Part shown: one piece after another, positions 26,543 to 34,823 of the stretch | How positions within the stretch are numbered: the first letter of the stretch is position 1 | Layout: each line of letters begins with the position of its first letter | The notes under the pieces: model-generated | The model's database searches: none | What the model was told of the DNA's origin: nothing | Seen by the model: the letters and a program-made list of their open reading frames with translations, nothing else | Program-made: the position numbers and the translations under genes | Origin: a virus | Taxonomy: Duplodnaviria; Caudoviricetes | IMG/VR virus record: IMGVR_UViG_3300011335_000278 | Span: 3,447 to 67,446 of that record | Length of the DNA: 64,000 nucleotides | Reading direction: 5' to 3' (one strand)

Positions 26543-27411
26543 ACAGTGACGGGGGGCTTTTCTGTATTATTATTTTTTTCGCTTTCCGGTGGATTTTGCA
26601 CCCCACCCCCTTCGCAAGTATCTGATTCTATTGAATTTTCATATCTAACAGGTGTTAGATATAGATTTTTATCTTCTATTTTTTGTGGAGTTTCAATGTC
26701 TGGAATACTATGCAAAGTTGCCGAAGTTTCGGGTGTCGAAAATTCGGGTTCCGCCCCCTGTGGGTTCACAAGATCCCCGTTTTCCGAGGCCACCCCTGAC
26801 AATTCTGCGAGCAAGTCATCCGCTTTCGATGAGTCCACGACATCTACATAACCATTCGACCTCATAGCAAGTCTCATTGTTGCCAGTAACTTCTCCTTCA
26901 TTACTTCACTGCTACTAATAGTAACTGTCTCTCTTCTCTCTGTGAACAGTCCTACCTCAGTAATCTGTCCTAGAAGTTTTAGTGCCGTCAATTGCTGACT
27001 GTCCCCAACCTTTGGATCTAACACCTTCTCTGTTAGTTTGTTTATTACCAGTGCCCTTATATGAGCAGGAGTTTGATATTTCTGTGCCTCAAGTGCCACC
27101 TTAAACGCTTCGACCTGACTCTGTATTGCATCCGTCTTACATAACTCCTGTCCTTTAGTGCTCGCTACCTTTGGTGATGCCTTACTCTTTCTTCCGTTTG
27201 GTCTACTCTGTCTATACGCTTCTGCTTTAGTCTTACCCTTTGCTATTTCTTCTGCGAACTTGATTTGACTAGCCGTTAGTGTTTTCTGCTTGCTTGTCAT
27301 ACCGCCCATTAGTATCGCTTCCATTGGAGTATGATCCAACACTTCTTTAATTTGTGCCTTTGATAATCGCTTAGGTATTTTGTGGGTATCCATCCCTTGT
27401 ATTCTAATCAC
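26527..27411 (-). CDS. Probable terminase small subunit-like protein, 294 aa
   Basis: LTASQIKFAEEIAKGKTKAEAYR HTH-like start typical of TerS; ALKLLGQ...GLF; first gene of the late arm. Confidence 0.6.
   Translation of the reverse strand: MIRIQGMDTHKIPKRLSKAQIKEVLDHTPMEAILMGGMTSKQKTLTASQIKFAEEIAKGKTKAEAYRQSRPNGRKSKASPKVASTKGQELCKTDAIQSQVEAFKVALEAQKYQTPAHIRALVINKLTEKVLDPKVGDSQQLTALKLLGQITEVGLFTERRETVTISSSEVMKEKLLATMRLAMRSNGYVDVVDSSKADDLLAELSGVASENGDLVNPQGAEPEFSTPETSATLHSIPDIETPQKIEDKNLYLTPVRYENSIESDTCEGGGVQNPPESEKNNNTEKPPVTVWTEK
26641..26662. promoter_or_regulatory. Palindromic operator-like site, copy 1 (ATATCTAACA-GG-TGTTAGATAT)
   Basis: 10-bp inverted repeat; 19 of 21 nt identical to 43011-43031. 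Confidence 0.5.
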
Positions 27412-27491
27412 TCTCTACAATAGATGCAACACTATCTCGCTTCGCTATTTCCGCCCGACAAAAAATATTTTAAAATAAACAACAAAAGTGC

Positions 27492-27520
27492 TTGACAGTC
27501 AAGTAATAGGATGCAAAACT
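27492..27520 (+). promoter_or_regulatory. Probable early promoter
   Basis: TTGACA-17 nt-AAAACT with an extended -10 TG, at the start of the rightward gene cluster. Confidence 0.55.
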
Positions 27521-27532
27521 AGAGTCCTGATC

Positions 27533-27544
27533 AACTGCTAGGAG
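27533..27544 (+). promoter_or_regulatory. AACTGCTAGGAG motif overlapping an SD (copy 1)
   Basis: Exact 12-mer; ATG at 27553. Confidence 0.7.
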
Positions 27545-27552
27545 TAAATAAG

Positions 27553-27732
27553 ATGAACATTCAAGTAGAAATTCGTAGTGTATATGGTGTGAAGACTGTC
27601 TACCCAGTTTGCGATACTGCTAAAAGGTTAGCAACCCTGTCAGGCAATAAGACATTGACTAACTCTGCGATTATCACAATCAAACAACTAGGTTACAAAA
27701 TTGAAATAGTCCACCCAATGGTGGTTCTATGA
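27553..27732 (+). CDS. First early gene, 59 aa, not in the ORF track
   Basis: MNIQVEIRSVYGVKTVYPVCDTAKRLATLSGNKTLT...; strong SD. Confidence 0.75.
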   Translation: MNIQVEIRSVYGVKTVYPVCDTAKRLATLSGNKTLTNSAIITIKQLGYKIEIVHPMVVL

Positions 27733-28063
27733 AAGAGATTGACTGCCCTTCGTGTGGTGGTTACTGGTTCAGTGACACCGATGAAACTGGGACACCTTAT
27801 ACCTGTTACAAATGTTGCAATGGCACACAACCCTGTTACGAGGAGGATGAAGATGAAACTATTTAAATTGTTATTCGAGGGAATGTTTTGGGAGTATGTG
27901 TGGTGCGGAGTATTCACTGTTGCGATTACTCTTGGTCTGTCTTATATCTATTTTTATGCGAAAGGATGGTTATGAAATTCTACGAGATCGGTCTGTTTAT
28001 TATCTGTGCCGTTTTTATTGCGCTGATGATAGCGCTTTGCCTTGCAGTGGAGGGCACACAATG

Positions 28064-28234
28064 GATGATTTAGAACTACAGATCAATGATTTCTTACTCG
28101 AACTGCGTGAGTCAGGTGAGATCAATATGTTTGGTGCAGTCTCTTACCTAATGGATGAATTCGGTCTGAACAAACAACAGGCAAAAAAGTATTTACTAGA
28201 CTGGTTCCAGTCATTTCGACCACAGGAGTTTTAA
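28064..28234 (+). CDS. Small conserved phage protein (C-terminal part of the 27896-28234 ORF)
   Basis: MDDLELQINDFLLELRESGEINMFGA...; GGAGG-like RBS upstream of 28064. Confidence 0.55.
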   Translation, partial: DDLELQINDFLLELRESGEINMFGAVSYLMDEFGLNKQQAKKYLLDWFQSFRPQEF

Positions 28235-28489
28235 ATGATCACAACTGTTATCGTGAGTAAAAATGGTGAACAAGTGGCTGAACATCAATGCCAGTCTTGG
28301 GCGCAGTGCATGGAATGGATCAATGGTTACTTAACCTACAACGATCTCAAACGAGTCTGTGCTGATCACATGGCGCACCAATTCCATTATGTTTGGGTTA
28401 AAGATAATGAATCCAAACCCATGGGTGAATTAGTAAATGAAGATCAAAAAGAAATTTACGAACAAATATTGAAAGGTAAAAATGCTTAA
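28235..28489 (+). CDS. Hypothetical early protein, 84 aa
   Basis: RBS (caggag) upstream; coupled to the next ORF. Confidence 0.55.
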   Translation: MITTVIVSKNGEQVAEHQCQSWAQCMEWINGYLTYNDLKRVCADHMAHQFHYVWVKDNESKPMGELVNEDQKEIYEQILKGKNA

Positions 28490-28673
28490 TACAACTAATC
28501 AGATCGAGCACTTTCGACTGCTGACCTTGCGCCAAATGTTACGCTTGGAACTCATTGGAATGAAGAGAAGTGGCAGATCCGCTTACTCCATTATCAAGGA
28601 CGAACTGGGATTAAAGGGCAACAAACAATCCGTATTCAATCAACTATCGGAGATGTTGGGCAAGTCAAACTGA
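28482..28673 (+). CDS. Hypothetical early protein, 63 aa
   Basis: LRLELIGMKRSGRSAYSIIKDELGLKG motif. Confidence 0.6.
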   Translation: MLNTTNQIEHFRLLTLRQMLRLELIGMKRSGRSAYSIIKDELGLKGNKQSVFNQLSEMLGKSN

Positions 28674-28720
28674 TGATGGGTTCATTACCCGAAACCGCAG
28701 ATTTGCGGTCTTTGACAAAC

Positions 28721-28732
28721 AACTGCTAGGAG
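28721..28732 (+). promoter_or_regulatory. AACTGCTAGGAG motif (copy 2)
   Basis: Exact 12-mer; ATG at 28741 opens a 9-codon mini-ORF; preceded by a hairpin at 28694-28709. Confidence 0.7.
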
Positions 28733-28753
28733 TTTTAATCATGAATTTTATCA

Positions 28754-29125
28754 ATGTATCTTTATTTTAAAGGGGTAAAAATGAAAACTGTCATGGATTT
28801 GAGTGGTTTTACTGGCACTGAAAACTATTGGAGAACTTGTGCGTTCGCACCGAAACTGGTTCACACAGATGGCGTTCAGTATTTTGCAGATCATGCGAGG
28901 GCTTACTGGTTCTTGGACATCATTGGAACAGAGTTTTACAGTGGCTTTGCTGATGATTTTGTTAGCATCAAACTGACTGTAAAAAATAACACGGCTTGTA
29001 TCACAGTTACAGATGGTGATGACAATGTTATCAAAACAAAGGACATCGAGTTTACAGACTGTCCTGAAGGCATCTACAAGTTTTTTTTGACTAACAATGT
29101 TCTGATGCTCACCTCAGAATACTAA
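28754..29125 (+). CDS. DUF6876-like protein; likely start 28781
   Basis: HTDGVQYFADHARAYWFLDII...IEFTDCPEG...LMLTSEY pattern (family recalled). Confidence 0.6.
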   Translation: MYLYFKGVKMKTVMDLSGFTGTENYWRTCAFAPKLVHTDGVQYFADHARAYWFLDIIGTEFYSGFADDFVSIKLTVKNNTACITVTDGDDNVIKTKDIEFTDCPEGIYKFFLTNNVLMLTSEY

Positions 29126-29131
29126 ACAGGG

Positions 29132-29150
29132 AAAGGGGGAAACCCCTTTT
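29132..29150 (+). terminator. Terminator-like hairpin
   Basis: AAAGGGG-GAAA-CCCCUUUU just after the 29125 stop. Confidence 0.6.
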
Positions 29151-29156
29151 AAAATA

Positions 29157-29372
29157 ATGGACTTAGACGGCAAAAAAGGTTTGGCAAGGGATATTGAACA
29201 GTATGGCTTTCACAGGCACAACGGCTATGCGTGGGATGTATTTGATGCACAGGGTATTTTCCTGACACGAGTCTGCGAAGTGTGTGAACAGGAAAAACTG
29301 GCAATTTACCGCCCTGAGATACTAACAGGGTATTCACAGGCTGATGTTGATGAACAAATTGAGGAGAATTAA
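29157..29372 (+). CDS. Hypothetical early protein with CxxC, 71 aa
   Basis: DAQGIFLTRVCEVCEQEKL...YRPEIL motif. Confidence 0.6.
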   Translation: MDLDGKKGLARDIEQYGFHRHNGYAWDVFDAQGIFLTRVCEVCEQEKLAIYRPEILTGYSQADVDEQIEEN

Positions 29373-29570
29373 ATGGAATTAACTATCAAAATCAAATTAG
29401 ACAATGATGCGTATGTTACTAACGAAAGAATGGCTAACGCTGAATTGATGGAAAACCTAATGCTCATTATTAACAAAATGTCATGGGGTGATACCAATGG
29501 AATGGTTCTCGATTCCAATGGTAATAAAACTGGTTACTGGGACATTGAAACAGAGGAAGAGGTTGTTTGA
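29373..29570 (+). CDS. Hypothetical acidic early protein, 65 aa
   Basis: RBS gaggag; IKLDNDAY...VLDSNGNKTGYW. Confidence 0.6.
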   Translation: MELTIKIKLDNDAYVTNERMANAELMENLMLIINKMSWGDTNGMVLDSNGNKTGYWDIETEEEVV

Positions 29571-29743
29571 TGAAATTATGTATCAGAGTTTATGTTGCAA
29601 ACACTGCCCATCCTGAAGACTTGAAGAAAAGATTAAGCGAGGCGATGTCTTTTATTCGATTCGATCAGGCTGAGGGCATTTTTACTAACCATCCACACGG
29701 CTACGGCAAGTGGGAAATTTTAAAAGATAACGAGGAAATTTGA
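29570..29743 (+). CDS. Hypothetical early protein, 57 aa, not in the track
   Basis: Manual translation MKLCIRVYVANTAHPEDL...; fills the gap between coupled ORFs. Confidence 0.5.
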   Translation: MKLCIRVYVANTAHPEDLKKRLSEAMSFIRFDQAEGIFTNHPHGYGKWEILKDNEEI

Positions 29744-29744
29744 T

Positions 29745-30311
29745 ATGCCAAATTGGTGCTATAACAATCTGACGATTGACGGAACTACAAAAGGGGGAAA
29801 GATACTTGCAGAGGCTTTCAGACCAAAATACAAAGACGAAGATGGCGATCTGTTTGCCAATCCATTTCAAGACTTAATGCCAATCCCCGAAGATTTACAA
29901 ATTGAGGCTGGATATTTTGGCGATGGGACTGACAAAAATAATGAAATGCAAGAGCGGTATGCAAGAAACAAAGAAAAGTATGGTCATCAACACTGGTATG
30001 ACTGGTGCATTGCTAACTGGGGAACTAAGTGGGATGCAAGGGTGGAAGACTTCAATGCCAAGAATATCAATGATATTTCGGTTTACTTTGAAACTGCTTG
30101 GAGTCCGCCATTGGACTTTTTAAGTTGGTTCTGTGAACAGCATCCTGATACTGTATTCAGTATGCACTACGATGAAGAGGGCTGTTTCTTTGAGGGCGAG
30201 TGCTACCACAATCCTGATGATGGCTTTAACGATGACTGTTGGACACCTGTAAGGGATGAAGATGAAATGGAATCTGATTTGGAACTGGACACGGAAGTAG
30301 AAAAATCCTAG
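29745..30311 (+). CDS. DUF1281 / YubB ferredoxin-like domain protein, 188 aa
   Basis: MPNWCYNNLTI...WYDWCIANWGTKWDA...FETAWSPP signature. Confidence 0.75.
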   Translation: MPNWCYNNLTIDGTTKGGKILAEAFRPKYKDEDGDLFANPFQDLMPIPEDLQIEAGYFGDGTDKNNEMQERYARNKEKYGHQHWYDWCIANWGTKWDARVEDFNAKNINDISVYFETAWSPPLDFLSWFCEQHPDTVFSMHYDEEGCFFEGECYHNPDDGFNDDCWTPVRDEDEMESDLELDTEVEKS

Positions 30312-30364
30312 TGCTGTAATCCTGATGCCCAGTTGGGCATTGGGATTGCCATTGGGGTGATCAT

Positions 30365-30376
30365 AACTGCTAGGAG
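30365..30376 (+). promoter_or_regulatory. AACTGCTAGGAG motif (copy 3)
   Basis: Exact 12-mer; ATG at 30382; preceded by a 13-bp hairpin at 30318-30347. Confidence 0.7.
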
Positions 30377-30381
30377 ATATT

Positions 30382-30699
30382 ATGGATTTTCAAAGAGATT
30401 TAAAAGTTGGCGAGTATATTCTTATGGGCTGTGGCTCAGACAATAACGGCAAAAGGGATCAAATTTCTGCTTTGTGTTACTGGCGGAACAGTCCTGACAA
30501 GGCCAAAAAACATATGCATGAGATTTGGGAAAGAAATAAAGGCGATGTGTATTACTTGTTAAGGGTTGAACGAGTTGTATGTTCGGGCAGTTACCCGATG
30601 GTTATTGATCTACCCAAACCAGTTGAAAGAGTAAATTTAACACTGGAAAAGGCTGAAGGCGATGACTGGAATGTTTATCAGGGAGAAGGAAATGACTGA
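30382..30699 (+). CDS. Hypothetical early protein, 105 aa
   Basis: ORF with a strong SD (within motif copy 3). Confidence 0.65.
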   Translation: MDFQRDLKVGEYILMGCGSDNNGKRDQISALCYWRNSPDKAKKHMHEIWERNKGDVYYLLRVERVVCSGSYPMVIDLPKPVERVNLTLEKAEGDDWNVYQGEGND

Positions 30700-30865
30700 A
30701 TACATTGTTAAAAAAACAATAGAAGTTATCTACACCATTGATGCCGAAACAGAACTTGAGGCGGTCAATTTGGCTAACACCATGGAACTAGACGAGGCTG
30801 ATCAATTCTCAGTTTATGAAATTGAAGTGGAATCTATTAACGAGTATGAGGAGAGTGTCAAATGA
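30692..30865 (+). CDS. Very acidic small protein (start refined to MTEYIV)
   Basis: C-terminal part of ORF 30662-30865; GGAG-like RBS upstream. Confidence 0.55.
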   Translation: MTEYIVKKTIEVIYTIDAETELEAVNLANTMELDEADQFSVYEIEVESINEYEESVK

Positions 30866-31029
30866 CTGAATTTAATAGCGATCTACTAGACGAATACTGC
30901 GAAGAAGAGTTTGGGCATACCGATTGGGCTATGGCTTGGGATGCTCAAGGTAACATGGTTATTACATTTTTTAAAGAAGCTCGGCAAGATTATTTAGACG
31001 ATGAAAGCGAAGAGGAGGAAGAAGAATGA
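30862..31029 (+). CDS. Very acidic 55-aa protein, not in the track
   Basis: MTEFNSDLLDEYCEEEFG...DDESEEEEEE: 20 D/E versus 2 K/R; ATGA overlaps at both ends. Confidence 0.6.
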   Translation: MTEFNSDLLDEYCEEEFGHTDWAMAWDAQGNMVITFFKEARQDYLDDESEEEEEE

Positions 31030-31205
31030 TCGCAGAAAATTTAGGTGGGTTTAATGAGTTGGAAGACGAGGCAAACCAAGAGTTTTATGACTACGAGGAT
31101 AAAACATATCCAAATGGTGACACGCCATTCAGCGACCACGACAGAGCGTTATTCATAACTGCTTACTGCCTTGGGTTTAATAATGGGTGGCGATATGACC
31201 GATAA
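31026..31205 (+). CDS. Acidic 59-aa protein, not in the track
   Basis: MIAENLGGFNELEDEANQEFYDYEDK...; coupled to its neighbour. Confidence 0.55.
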   Translation: MIAENLGGFNELEDEANQEFYDYEDKTYPNGDTPFSDHDRALFITAYCLGFNNGWRYDR

Positions 31206-31407
31206 ACAAACCATAACATCATGGCGTTTTAGTATTACTTGGTCTGATGGTGAAACTGAGGGCTTGGCTAGTTGCTTGCCTGATCATATCTATGATGAAC
31301 TACTCATTTACTTCAAAGAACTTGAAGACTTGCGAGAAGAGCATGACGCAGAAATGCGTGATGAGCCATATAACTTTGAAGACAATACTGAAAAGGAAAT
31401 AGTATGA
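31171..31407 (+). CDS. Acidic hypothetical protein; likely start 31195
   Basis: ORF track; coupled to 31404. Confidence 0.55.
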   Translation: MGLIMGGDMTDKQTITSWRFSITWSDGETEGLASCLPDHIYDELLIYFKELEDLREEHDAEMRDEPYNFEDNTEKEIV

Positions 31408-31679
31408 AAGTAATGATTGAAATAGATTTGCCTGATGGTCAGGCAATACCAACGGAAAGTGATATAAGGCGTTTGACTGATCCTGATTGGATTTGTGATT
31501 GGTGGCATATAGATGATGTTCAAAGTTTAAATCAAGATTTAACTGATGATGAGTGTAGGGAAGTGCTTAAAAAAATTGAGCATAACTTTGATGCCACTGT
31601 AGGGATTAACTGGGAGGTAATTAGTTATTACATTGAATACTACACAGATAAAACAGTTGAGGGAAGAAAATTAACATGA
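31404..31679 (+). CDS. Hypothetical protein, 91 aa
   Basis: WHIDDVQ...LTDDECREVL...FDATVGINWEVI motif. Confidence 0.65.
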   Translation: MKVMIEIDLPDGQAIPTESDIRRLTDPDWICDWWHIDDVQSLNQDLTDDECREVLKKIEHNFDATVGINWEVISYYIEYYTDKTVEGRKLT

Positions 31680-31855
31680 TTACAGAAAAGCAAGTAAAGA
31701 AAGTTGGCTACACTGTGTTGCCCAAAGGTGGATGGATTCGGATTGATCCTGAAACTATGCCACACGATTGGGAAGATGTTTGTTTAGGATTTGGCATTGA
31801 TCCTGAGTGCAAAAGCGCAATTCTGTGCGTAGTTGGTGTGAAGGAGGAATGGTAA
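31676..31855 (+). CDS. Hypothetical 59-aa protein, not in the track
   Basis: MITEKQVKKVGYTVLPKGGW...; overlaps the start/stop codons of both neighbours. Confidence 0.5.
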   Translation: MITEKQVKKVGYTVLPKGGWIRIDPETMPHDWEDVCLGFGIDPECKSAILCVVGVKEEW

Positions 31856-32145
31856 TGTTTAAAGCAAAACCGACTTTTTTTGGCAATCCTGATCGAGGTC
31901 AAGATCCTAATCGAAGGCCGTATGGTGTGGAGATTAGGGCTTTACAAGGTGAAACGATGTCTAAACTGCTTGATGATTTTGACAAGTGGCGAATGGATAA
32001 CCCCAATATTGGCGGTGGCAATTGGGGGACTTGCAAAGTCTACAAGGACAATAAGTTGTTTGGCTATATGAGTTGGAACGGACGCATTTGGGATCGAGAT
32101 ATTTGGTCAGAACACGCAAAGGAGTTAAAAGATGAAACGATTTGA
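31855..32145 (+). CDS. Hypothetical protein (start refined to MFKAKPTFFGNPD)
   Basis: Part of ORF 31807-32145; aggagg RBS upstream; IGGGNWG...GYMSWNGRIW. Confidence 0.6.
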   Translation: MFKAKPTFFGNPDRGQDPNRRPYGVEIRALQGETMSKLLDDFDKWRMDNPNIGGGNWGTCKVYKDNKLFGYMSWNGRIWDRDIWSEHAKELKDETI

Positions 32146-32299
32146 GGTAATATTTTATACAACACGAGAAATACATGTCACAGTGGATGTGCCGAATGGC
32201 GAAGATCCGATGACATATGCTTGGGATGAGGTGGAGTTTGCGCCAAACGAGGAAGTAATCGAGACTGATTGCAGTGAGGTAGATCCTGATGAATCTTAA
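32132..32299 (+). CDS. Acidic 55-aa protein, not in the track
   Basis: aaggag RBS; MKRFEVIFYTTREIHV...EVDPDES. Confidence 0.55.
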   Translation: MKRFEVIFYTTREIHVTVDVPNGEDPMTYAWDEVEFAPNEEVIETDCSEVDPDES

Positions 32300-32588
32300 A
32301 GAATGTAACGGCAGAGTGCCAATCCTAACGGGGGATGTGGATCGCCCGTTTTTGCTAATTGACTTTCCCACACGAGAAAAATTTGATTTAATCTTTAAAA
32401 ACAGTAGCGCAGAGCATAAAGACAAGTATTGGGAGATCATCCAAGGTAGATCAAACGGACATGCATTGGCTTTTTTGGCAAAATCTTATTCTCTTTCAAG
32501 AGAACGGATTCGGCAAATTGAGGCAAAGTTTATCCGTAGGATGAGGCTAGACTACCAACGATCTTTTTTAAACTCTGCGAAGCTTTAA
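32289..32588 (+). CDS. Sigma70 region-4-like HTH protein, 99 aa
   Basis: LAKSYSLSRERIRQIEAKFIRRMR resembles sigma region 4.2. Confidence 0.7.
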   Translation: MNLKECNGRVPILTGDVDRPFLLIDFPTREKFDLIFKNSSAEHKDKYWEIIQGRSNGHALAFLAKSYSLSRERIRQIEAKFIRRMRLDYQRSFLNSAKL

Positions 32589-33354
32589 ATAGACCTACTC
32601 TTATATGATAATCGTTGAAGTCTTCCCCGACTGTATCGGAGATCCAATAAGGGTAGCCTGTTACTTTAGCCACAGACTCGCCAGTTTGGTTGGGGTCATT
32701 GTCAGCGATGACGATGCCCTTCCCGACTGTCCTCGCTACTTCCTTCATGTTAGTTGCGGAAAAGCACACATAAATACTGTATCTGAACTTGTTGGCTTCC
32801 ATGGCACTGCGAACGGACAAACCAGTTGCAAATCCTTCACAGAATATCGGGACTCCTTTTGCATCCATGCAGAAAAATGCTCCTTTGGTTCGTTGTCCGT
32901 AGAGAAACTTCTTTCCCCCCTTGTCATCGACCATCTGAACTCCCTGTATTCCATTTTTCCCATACATCGGAATGACTAACTTGCTTTCCCAGTTATCAAT
33001 GCAGACCAACATCTTTTCTTCAGGGAAGCCCTTGGATGCCAAGTATGGATGCGTTTCTAATTCACTCTCTGCCATGATGGCTTTGGCTTTAGCCACTGCC
33101 TTTTGGGCATCTTGTTCACGAGTATCTTTGGCAATTTGAATCTGCCGTCTTGGCTGTGAGATTACCTTGTCTGTCCGCCACATTGATGGCTTATCCATTG
33201 TTGCCCAGTTTTGCACCCACCCAACATCGCCTAAAAATTTGTATCGACCATTACTCGATTTGGGATGATCAACTGTTGGCGTAGGAATCCACCGATCATA
33301 AATTATGTGTTTAATAATTAGCCCATGGCTTTGGGCAAAATCTTCAAAATTCAT
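32530..33354 (-). CDS. Toprim-domain primase-like protein, 274 aa
   Basis: FCEGFATGLSV, IIADND and EDFNDY Toprim acidic motifs; coupled to the helicase. Confidence 0.85.
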   Translation of the reverse strand: MNFEDFAQSHGLIIKHIIYDRWIPTPTVDHPKSSNGRYKFLGDVGWVQNWATMDKPSMWRTDKVISQPRRQIQIAKDTREQDAQKAVAKAKAIMAESELETHPYLASKGFPEEKMLVCIDNWESKLVIPMYGKNGIQGVQMVDDKGGKKFLYGQRTKGAFFCMDAKGVPIFCEGFATGLSVRSAMEANKFRYSIYVCFSATNMKEVARTVGKGIVIADNDPNQTGESVAKVTGYPYWISDTVGEDFNDYHIRVGLFKASQSLKKIVGSLASSYG

Positions 33355-34823
33355 CTCTTTCTCTTAGCCCATCTAATGTTTTGACCCCTTACCCATTTCA
33401 TTGTTTGTATGCTTGGCACATGCCCAGTGTCATGCAGTCCACGAGGCCAAACCCCAAATTTTTCCCGATATTTGTAACTTGCCCAATGTAAATCGTAGTC
33501 CTCTTTTCTTGCAATATAAAGTAACTCTGAGTAGAACTGTTGCTTGTCTTCTTTAACCGCTTTACCAACCGCAATCAACTCTTCCAGTTCACCACTAACA
33601 TTGATTACTTCGTTTCGGCGTTGGCGTACATAACCGCAACCTGAACAACTGAGAGCGTTTGTTCCCCACAAAAGCCCACAATTCGGGCATTTTGAATCTT
33701 CTTTAAACTTTTCTGTCGGTTCTTTCTTTGTCTTCTCAACAATTTTATCTAACTGGCTTACGCCACAAGTATAAATCTGCTCCCAATCATCCCTGAATCG
33801 TAGGAAATTGCCTGAATGATCAAGCCACAATCCAAATTCCTTACCTTCGTAACTACGCATGATCCTTCCCATTTGCTGAATGTGTGAGGATAAACTTTTT
33901 GAAAATGGTCTTGCCGATACGCCAATCATTACATCAGGCACATCAAACCCACGAGTTAATATGTCAGTGGCAATCAACCCATTAATCTCCGTATCTGGCT
34001 TGGCAAAGTCTTCAATTGCCGCTTTTTTATAATCTTCATTGTCTCTGTAAGAAATAGAAATGAAGTTATATCCTTTGTTGGCAAACTGTTTAACCAAGTC
34101 TGCGCCATGCTCAACACCCGCACAAAACACAATCGTCTTCCTTGGCTTACCGAATATTTCGTGCGTCTTCTTACTCCACTCCTCAACAATATCGCCAGTG
34201 ATTTGCATGCCTCTTTTTGTCACTTCGTCCTGCGCCCACTCGCCTGCAACCTTTTTAACACCTGTCATGTCTATTTCTTTTGCAACATAGACACGCAGTG
34301 GCGCTAACCATTTGTTGTTGACCAAGTATTCTGTGGTAGCTCCACATACAACCTCTTGATACAAATTACCCAATCCTTTGGTAAATGGTGTTGCCGTCAA
34401 TCCGATTACCTTTACTTGGGGATTTGACTTAATAAAATCTGCAGTTTGCTTTCTAGTGATATGGCATTCGTCAACGATTAATAAATCCATCGTAGGAAAA
34501 TTACTGCGCTGTTCAAGTGTCTGTGCGGAACAAACTTGTAGCTTTTCAAAAGTGTTATACCGCCAGTGTCCTGATTGAAAAACACCGTGAGGGATTTGGT
34601 ATTTGTCCAACCTGTCACTGGTTTGATCTACTAACACAATTCGATCCATTACCATGGCAGCTCTTTTTTCTTTACTTGCTGTTGCTTGCATCAAGGCAAT
34701 GGCAACCTCCGTCTTGCCAAAGCCTGTTGGTGCGTATAACAACTGTGCCCTGTTGCCATTTTTGAAACCCTGTCGTAGGGCATCAATAACTGTATCTTGA
34801 TGCTCTCTAAGTTTTAGTTCCAT
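33351..34823 (-). CDS. Superfamily II DNA helicase (DECH box) with a C-terminal Zn ribbon
   Basis: APTGFGKT, LIVDECH, GLTATP, TRGFDVP, QQMGRIMR, CPNCG...CSGCG. Confidence 0.92.
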   Translation of the reverse strand: MELKLREHQDTVIDALRQGFKNGNRAQLLYAPTGFGKTEVAIALMQATASKEKRAAMVMDRIVLVDQTSDRLDKYQIPHGVFQSGHWRYNTFEKLQVCSAQTLEQRSNFPTMDLLIVDECHITRKQTADFIKSNPQVKVIGLTATPFTKGLGNLYQEVVCGATTEYLVNNKWLAPLRVYVAKEIDMTGVKKVAGEWAQDEVTKRGMQITGDIVEEWSKKTHEIFGKPRKTIVFCAGVEHGADLVKQFANKGYNFISISYRDNEDYKKAAIEDFAKPDTEINGLIATDILTRGFDVPDVMIGVSARPFSKSLSSHIQQMGRIMRSYEGKEFGLWLDHSGNFLRFRDDWEQIYTCGVSQLDKIVEKTKKEPTEKFKEDSKCPNCGLLWGTNALSCSGCGYVRQRRNEVINVSGELEELIAVGKAVKEDKQQFYSELLYIARKEDYDLHWASYKYREKFGVWPRGLHDTGHVPSIQTMKWVRGQNIRWAKRKR

